Shown here: piece by piece, positions 57,470 to 64,000 of the stretch
Numbering within the stretch: position 1 is the stretch's first letter
Layout: each line of letters starts with the position of its first letter
NCBI RefSeq assembly: GCF_009834535.1
Contig: NC_045698.1
Coordinates: forward strand, 1,304,001-1,368,000
DNA: 64,000 nucleotides
Reading direction: 5' to 3'
Source of the DNA: Camelus ferus
Lineage: Eukaryota
Made by a program: the position numbers and the translations under genes
The notes under the pieces: model-generated
What the model saw: the letters and a program-made list of their open reading frames with translations, nothing else
Told to the model about the DNA's origin: nothing
Databases searched by the model: none

Positions 57470-59795
57470 TCTCCCCGGAGCAAGCATAAGGTTTTTGAAT
57501 CTCCTGATGCAAAGCCTCAGCTGCATCCTTACTGCCTTTCTGCTCTCTGGCTCTATCGGTTATCGACAGGGGGTCACTGACGTCTCCCACTGTGGCAGTG
57601 GGTTTGTCTGCGTCTCCTTTCAGTCCTGCAGGTCTTGCCTCGCCAGTTTTGGCCACTGTATTGTTAAGGCGACTGTCAATCTAACTGCTTGGTCAGACAT
57701 CATCAATGGTGTTTGTAGCCGTTTTGTATTCGCTGCCCAAAGCCTTGTCCAGTTTTAGCTGAGACTTCCGCACGATTTCATCTTAACTTCTCCCTTCGTG
57801 TATCAGTTCAACTTCTTTGAGGAATTCAGTAGTCTCCCTGAAGTTCACAATATACGTTTCAAACGAATGTAAACCCACCTGCAAGCAGCAGCGCCCCGCT
57901 TCACGTGCGACAGCGCAGGTCCCGTAGGGCGGAGAGTGGATGCCCCTCCCACCCGTGACGCTGCCGTCGCTCACCAGTTACTCGTCATGCGCTGAGGTCA
58001 CCCCGACATTTCACCGTGAGTCACGTCTCCTCTGACCCTCCTCCTTTACGTAGGCTCACGCTTCTGACCTACTTCATATTCCTTTTCCCCAAAGAAACTC
58101 TCTTCCTGTTTCTTGAATTTCTTTGCTCATACTGGAAAATTCTTCAATTTTTTTGTTTCTCTGAGAAAGTCTTTATTTTTCCTTCACCTCTGAAGATTGA
58201 CTTTTTTGACTATCGAACTCTAGGTGGCCGGGTTGTTTTCCTCTTAACAATGCAAACTTCCCACCCACTCAATCTTCCCTGCCGGGCCCGCCGAGCTCCG
58301 ACTCGGCGTCTGCAGTGCTGTTCTGCAGGTGCTGTCTCCCCTCGGGCTGCTTTCCAGATGGTCTCTGTCTTCGGCGTTTCACACTTTGAATGTGACACGC
58401 TCGCGTGTAAATGTCCTTGTGTTTCCTCTGCTTCGTGCTTCCGGAGCGTCTTGGACGTGCGGTTGGTGTCTGACAGCAGCAGCAGCACCTGCTTGGCTGC
58501 TCCTGTTTCACACGCTCGCTCCGCTCCGTTCTGCCCTCCTTCTCTGGTATCCCAGCCGTTTATGCGACGCCTTTGGGAACCTCCCTCAGCTTCTGACGCT
58601 GCGTTTCGGCGTGCGTGGCTTTGCTCCCCCTCATCCATTTTCCTGTGCGCTTTGGTCTCTGTCTTCCCTTCTTCACGTTCGCTGGTCTCTCCCCGGCTGT
58701 GCCAGACGTCCTGACGAGCCGTCAAGGGCCTTCTTCGTTTCTGTCACAGCACCTTTGATTCCCAGCCTCTTCTTCCGGGTCCTCCTCAGACTCTCAGCCA
58801 CTCGCTCACGTTACCCCGTTGTCTCCCGTTTGGGCCGTAAGGGTAATTCCGAACGCCTGCGTGAACCCCCCACCTGAAGGCTCCGTCGTCGTGTTACGTC
58901 GCAGTCTGGTTCTGATGCTTGGTCTGTCTTTTCAGATTATGTTTTTTCTTGCCTGTTGGAACGTCTTGCCATTTTTGGTTTAAAGCTACACGTGTCTCAC
59001 CGGGTCTGAGGAGGCAGCCTGTGGAGTGGGGGCGCCGTCAGCACGGCTGAGCCGGCCCGTGTGGCTGGTCTGCGTCCGAGGTCTCGGCCGCCTCGGGCGG
59101 CGGGGCTCTGCCTCCTCTCCTCCGGGCTCTTGGCCCCCTGCCCTGGGGCCTCCCCGGGCCCCTCCTTGCGCAGCCCACAATGGCCGTTCTGGGCCGTGTC
59201 GGTGCGAGCGAGGTTGGGGAGGGAAGGGCCTTCCCTTGGGCCGGGCCCCTGGGTGCGCCGTTCACAGGGGTTCCCTCTTGTCGAGCTGCTTTTCCTCTTG
59301 TTGGTTGAGACCAGGAGACTCAAGGGGGCGAGAGTGAGGGGAAGGCCGTCCCGTTGGCTCTGGACCTCGGCTCCGGGGGACGGCTCTCCCTCGGCTTTAG
59401 AGGCACGGGCGCATTCCTGCTGGCTGGTCTCCTCCCACTGCCGGAGCCGTGAGGGCTTCCTCAGAGCTTCGCCGGGACATCCTGGTGGGGCTTCCGCGAG
59501 TAAGCCGGCGGAAGGGTGGCGGTCTGCGAAGCCCTCGGCCTCACACAGCTCACCTCGGCTTCCAGCAGCCCACCCAGATCACCGTCCAGGTGCTCCCAGC
59601 AGAAGGACTGGCAGCCTCTGCCTGGGTCAGCAGGTCCCTCTGCTTCCGTGTGGACTTCCCACCCCACCAGGTTCCAGAGCTGTCAACTCAGTTTTCTGAG
59701 AAAGCCAGGACGAGTCATTGATTTCCAGGCTGTGCAGCTTTTTCTTGTAAGGACTGGAGTGCAAAGTCCATACTCTTTGTGTCAGAGCTAAGGTG
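57470..59795 (-). mobile_element. Old LINE-1 5' portion (5'UTR, ORF1, start of ORF2), GC-shifted
   Basis: Antisense endonuclease-region motif GACGTCTCCCACTGTGGCAGTGGGTTTGTCTGCGTCTCCTTTCAGT; ORF1-end motif TCTGAGAAAGTCTTTATTTTTCCTTCACCTCTGAAG; 5'-end-like GAGTCATTGATTTCCAGGCTGTGCAGCTTTTTCTTGTAAGGACTGGAGTG (L1MC/L1MD-type as remembered). Confidence 0.8.
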
Positions 59796-62700
59796 GGGTC
59801 CCCTCCACCCGGACCGTGCATCGTTCTCTGTGGGGGAGCTGGGCTACACCACCGTCACGAAAAGCAGAAACATCTGGTCACGCCACCTAATAAATATTAA
59901 CACGTCGGTCTGAAACAAAATATTTTAGACGAGAAAGGAAGCGATGTCATGTGCTGTGTGTCTCCGTTGTTACAGCCATCTCAGGCTACTGTTTGATTCT
60001 GAGACCCACAGATGAAGATGAATTTCCCTCCGGGGGGAGGAACCTCCATGTCGATGCCGAGTTCGGGGACTGTATCCTGCCCCCGAGCGTGTGTGTGGCT
60101 TCCCACGAGCCTCCCTGCAGTCTCCTCACCACGGCGCCTAAGGGAAGTCCTGCTCTGCTGCCTGCAGCTCAACGCCACTGCTCTGGGGGCGGGAAGCTCG
60201 GGGGCCACGACCAGGGCAGGGGTGGGAGTGCTTGCTCCTTGCAGGTGGAAGCCACGCAGGCCCGGCGTCCTCGGACGGGCCGCTGCAGCCGGTCTGTGAG
60301 TGATTCCAGCAGTGAGCGAGCATTGCGCCCTGCGTGACGTCACGGCCCGGCAAGGGTGGAGGGCCCAGGGCGGGGGGGGGGGGGGCTCGGGGACAGGCGC
60401 CGGGCCGGCAGGAGGTGCAGGGCCGAGACATCAGGTCCTGTTCCACCAGCGAGGAGACTGGGCTCCATCTGGCGACCTCCTCCTGAAACCAGGTGTCGGC
60501 TCCTCCTCCAGGGACGTCCAAGGCTGCACCTGTGCCTCCAACAGGGGGAGAAGCCCCTCTAAGCTCCCGCCCCCACGACAAGGAACAAAAGTGAGCCTGG
60601 AGGCTGGCTGGCGGGGCTGGGGCATTTCCGGCCCCAAGGGAACGCTTGCCCCTCCTGTGTGGCCTGAGTGGCCTCACTGCTGCTTTGACAACAGGCTGGC
60701 CCTGGCGTCCCCATCCTGCAGGAGCCCAGGCCCCTTTCTGAACTAGCCTCTCCCGAGGCTCACAGCGAGGGCTAGACATGAGCCCCCTGGGGAGGCATCC
60801 TGGGAGCTGCACCCTCCAGCTGGACCTTTGGCGGTAGCTTCAGGCAGCATGACGCCCAGCACTGGCCCCAAGAGAGGACAACTCTGTGAGCCTCGGTAAC
60901 CGAGGAGAAGCCAGTCTCAGCTGTGCTCTGGCTCGTGGAGAAGCAAGCTCACAGCCAAGGGGCTGCCCAGCGTCAGCTGAGCCAAGACAGTGACGTCAGA
61001 AGTGGTGCCCCAGCCCACAGCACCAGCTCAGGGGCCTCCCCGGGGACAGGCAGCAAGAGGAGCCCCCGCTGTGGCCTTGACTCTGCCCAGGTCTCCTCGG
61101 AGCCTCTGGAACAGCTGGTGGGAGCTGCGTCCGCTTCCCCAGGACGCGCCCATGGGAGCGGGTTTTTGGGTCCCGAGGGGGATGCCGTTGGACAGTTCTA
61201 TCTGCACTGAGGTGCTCAGGGGTCAGAGCCCAAGACCTTAGGGTTCCACCCTCGATCAGTTCCCTGAGTTTCTTTTCAAAATGAGACCTCTTTTCCCGCA
61301 CAGATTCACATTTTCAGTGGATAACGGGTTTCCACCTGCGTGGCTGCTGTGGGAGGCTTTGAGGGGGACCCCAGGCAGACAAGTTGGGGTGATACTGGGC
61401 ACATCCCTGGGCTCCGTTTCCTCCAGGCACGTCTGAGAGAGAGTCACAGACGTCAATGTTGTCTGCGCATTTAAACAAAATATGATTTTCCTTTAAATAT
61501 TTAGTAAACCCATCATGATACACTTGGAAGTAATTGAAAGTCGCAAGGACGCCGTGAGGTTTCCAAGATTTCCATAATGTGAGTTAGCACTCTGGAAATG
61601 TCTCCTTGTTGAAAAAGGGCAACAATCAAAACTACAACCAAAATGCAGACATGCCCTTAACTTTTCTGGTGAACAGTTGTTAAAATTGGTGATCAGGGAA
61701 GCCTCGAACGCGCAAAGCGACACCTGCTGCCGGACAAAAGCTGAGCTGAGGAGACGAGGTGCAGGGAGCGTGCGTGAAGGCCATACCCAAGCACAGCTTT
61801 CATGGAGCCCCTCGCTGAGGGAAGTCCAGTGGATGCGGCTGCACCAGGAACTCCATCGCCCGGTGGCGCCCAGCCTGGGTTGGCAGCTGACACGGGCGTC
61901 CCGTCCGCCCACTGGTCTGGCTGCTGTCTGCACTTTCTTTCCCCCAAACCGTCCTCTCCCGCAGTATCCCTGGTATCTGCTTAGCCCCCATTTCTCTCTC
62001 TCTCTCGAGGGCCGGCACTTTGGGGATGGGGACCCCGGGGCTGCCAGTGCCGGTGCCTGAGGGCCCTGACCCCCCACCTCCCACCCCCTGGGTGTCTGGA
62101 CGATGGACCCAGAGGCCCAGAGCTGGGAACAGTCCCCGCATGCGTCCTCTGGGTGGAGAAAACGGAGTCTGGATGCCTGTGTCTTGTTTTCTTCTCGACT
62201 GGAACTCACCATTGATGAGCTCACAGTGAGCAACCCTGAGCAACACAAGAAACCATTAGTAAAATAAATGTGTACTTAGGTATTAATGAAATGAATATTT
62301 AGCAGGTTGTTTGGCATCTTTGTTATATCCTCAAATGTTTAAAAAACAATGAGGTTTATTAAAACTTTAGGCTATGACTCAGTGCAAGGGTTTTCACAAT
62401 GAAGCTTTTTTCCTAAATTCAGAAAAGAAGAGATTTGTTTTCTAAAGAGGGTGGGTCAACCGACAGACCAGAGGCTGGAGACTGACGTCCTGGACGGGGA
62501 GGGGTGGTGGTGGCAAGATCTGAAGAGTCCACTGTTCTGTGAAGCTTTGGTCCCTGGTGCAGAAAGCAATCCAGCTACTGTGAGCAAAGGATTCGGAGAG
62601 AGAACCTGATCACTGGGTCAGAAACGAACCCAAGCCCAGAAAAAAAAGGGCAGAATCTACCCACCAGGGGCTGCTGCAAAGCCAGGCCCCAGAAGACCCC

Positions 62701-63102
62701 ACCGCAACCCGGCAGGAGGGGCCCTGGGAGCTGCCTTTGCCTGAGCCCTGCACTGAGTGGTCACAGGTGAGCCCATCCACCTGCCTGTGACCCCTCTCTT
62801 CTGCAACCACAGTTCCCTGCCCACGTCCCGGACAGCAGGGGAAAATGAGGTGCTCAGATGAGAGACTCCTGCAGCTCTGTGACGCAGGGGACCACGGTGG
62901 GGCTCTCCTGCCCAGAGGGGGACGTTCACGCATGCTCCAGCTGCCTGGGGACCCCCCTCGACAGCCCCCTCTGAGAACCCAGGAGCCAGGTACTCAGGAC
63001 ACCCCGCTTCTTATATTTGACAACTGCTTCTCCTGGTCACGGAAAACAAGCTCCCGATGGCACACGTGGTTACGTATGGCTTATGTCACCCTATTGGACA
63101 GA

Positions 63103-63152
63103 AACACGTGCACACATGGGCACACACAGGCACACACACGCGCACGCAGGCA
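63103..63152. repeat. Imperfect (CA)/(CG) alternating purine-pyrimidine tract
   Basis: ACACGTGCACACATGGGCACACACAGGCACACACACGCGCACGCAGGCAC. Confidence 0.75.
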
Positions 63153-64000
63153 CCCCTCGCGGAGTTCCTTATTCAAAAGTAAATTGTGCTTGCTGTTGTG
63201 TCTTTTCTTTTCTTCTTTTTCAAGTGAGGGGAAAGTCAGAAAGGCACCTCGTGCCTCCTACCGCCACGGTGGCCTCGGGGAAAGCCTTCTGCAGAAGTTT
63301 AAAATAGTGTCAATTTAAAAAGTTTGCGTTCTGTGGGCTCTGGGGAAAATCGCAGAGGCCACATGTGTCCTTAATGTTGGTGTGAAACCTTCAGACGAGA
63401 CTTTGGAAAAGCTTTCTGGAAACTGAGGAGACTCCCGTTTTCCTGTTTTTCTGTCTAAAAAAAACAAGAAAGAATCCAGGGAGCTGGGATGAAAAGTGGC
63501 ACTGACGCCCACCGCCTTCAGCACCCCCACTCACCTGGAGAGCTCCTCTACCCACAATGCACTAAGTGGATGATTAAAAAGAAATGGGGGTTTAACCGCG
63601 GGTAAGCGCGGGGTCCCCAGAGCTTTGCAGAGCACTGAACCGTGCGTCTACAGCTGTCTCCACACAAGCCCGACATTCTTTATTTATTTGTTATGAAATA
63701 TTTATGGGTGTTATGAAAGGTTTAAAATAATGTGTCTGTCGCTGTCTCCCCTCTGTCTTTCCCACTCGCCCGCGCACCGCTTCTAATGCATAAATCATCC
63801 GGGGCTCTGGACAGTGGGCTGCGCATTAGGTGGGCGTATGTGCTGTATCACATTTTTTCTGCCTGAGAGAAAATATCATTCTTAGTAATTTTCTACACTT
63901 ATACAATCGGCGTCGACAGTAAATAATTGATGTATGAATTTAGGACTAAACTCCAACACAATATGACTTTATGTCAAGGGTTACTCCCAGCAGATTTTGA

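Noticed and set aside
58016..58877. 232-aa and 182-aa Phe/Ser/Leu-rich plus-strand ORFs
   Set aside because: They are antisense readings of the L1 ORF1 fossil.
60458..60478. CTCF-like motif (AGGTCGCCAGATGGAGCCC on minus), with similar partial matches near 7770, 47840 and 54855
   Set aside because: Mismatches or spacing errors at core positions; such partial matches are common in GC-rich DNA.
61493..62248. 251-aa minus-strand ORF
   Set aside because: Non-ATG start, no recognisable homology, and it crosses a sharp compositional boundary with no exon signals.
1..64000. Hundreds of 60-266 aa ORFs in the six-frame track; any prokaryotic operon, defence system or CRISPR array
   Set aside because: The DNA is mammalian (MIR, L1, L2, MLT1). 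The ORFs overlap on all frames, are Pro/Gly/Arg/Ala-rich as expected from GC content, often start at non-ATG codons and show no recognisable domains. No repeat-spacer array was seen.
1..64000. Naming the host gene or chromosomal locus
   Set aside because: No recognisable exon is present; any gene name would be a guess without an alignment.

Overview
This is mammalian genomic DNA, not prokaryotic. It is GC- and CpG-rich, non-coding (intergenic or deep intronic) and resembles a subtelomeric, high-recombination region. A tRNA-derived SINE at 28069-28200 and cetartiodactyl-type L1 3' ends point to a camelid (camel/alpaca/llama); this is recognition from remembered consensus sequences, not a database search. 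I found no convincing host protein-coding exon, rRNA, true tRNA or CRISPR array. The only ORF with clear protein homology is a 5'-truncated LINE-1 ORF2 C-terminus (33892-34452, minus), and the other ORFs in the track look like chance products of high GC content. What can be recognised is transposable-element fossils (L1/L1M, HAL1-like, L2, MIR, MLT1 LTRs, MER5A and MER58 hAT elements, one SINE), simple and tandem repeats, and several AT-rich motif-dense islands that look like enhancers. The most notable observations: an ancient L1 fossil turned into a CpG-island-like segment carrying a G4-prone minisatellite (7.3-8.5 kb); directional AT-to-GC drift visible between two homologous L1 copies; an inverted L1 pair; an L1 insertion with a perfect 14-bp TSD; and a duplication inside an MLT1 LTR that yields tandem DR1-like nuclear-receptor sites. 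I found no evidence for a new multi-gene system. Subfamily names and boundaries of old repeats are approximate.
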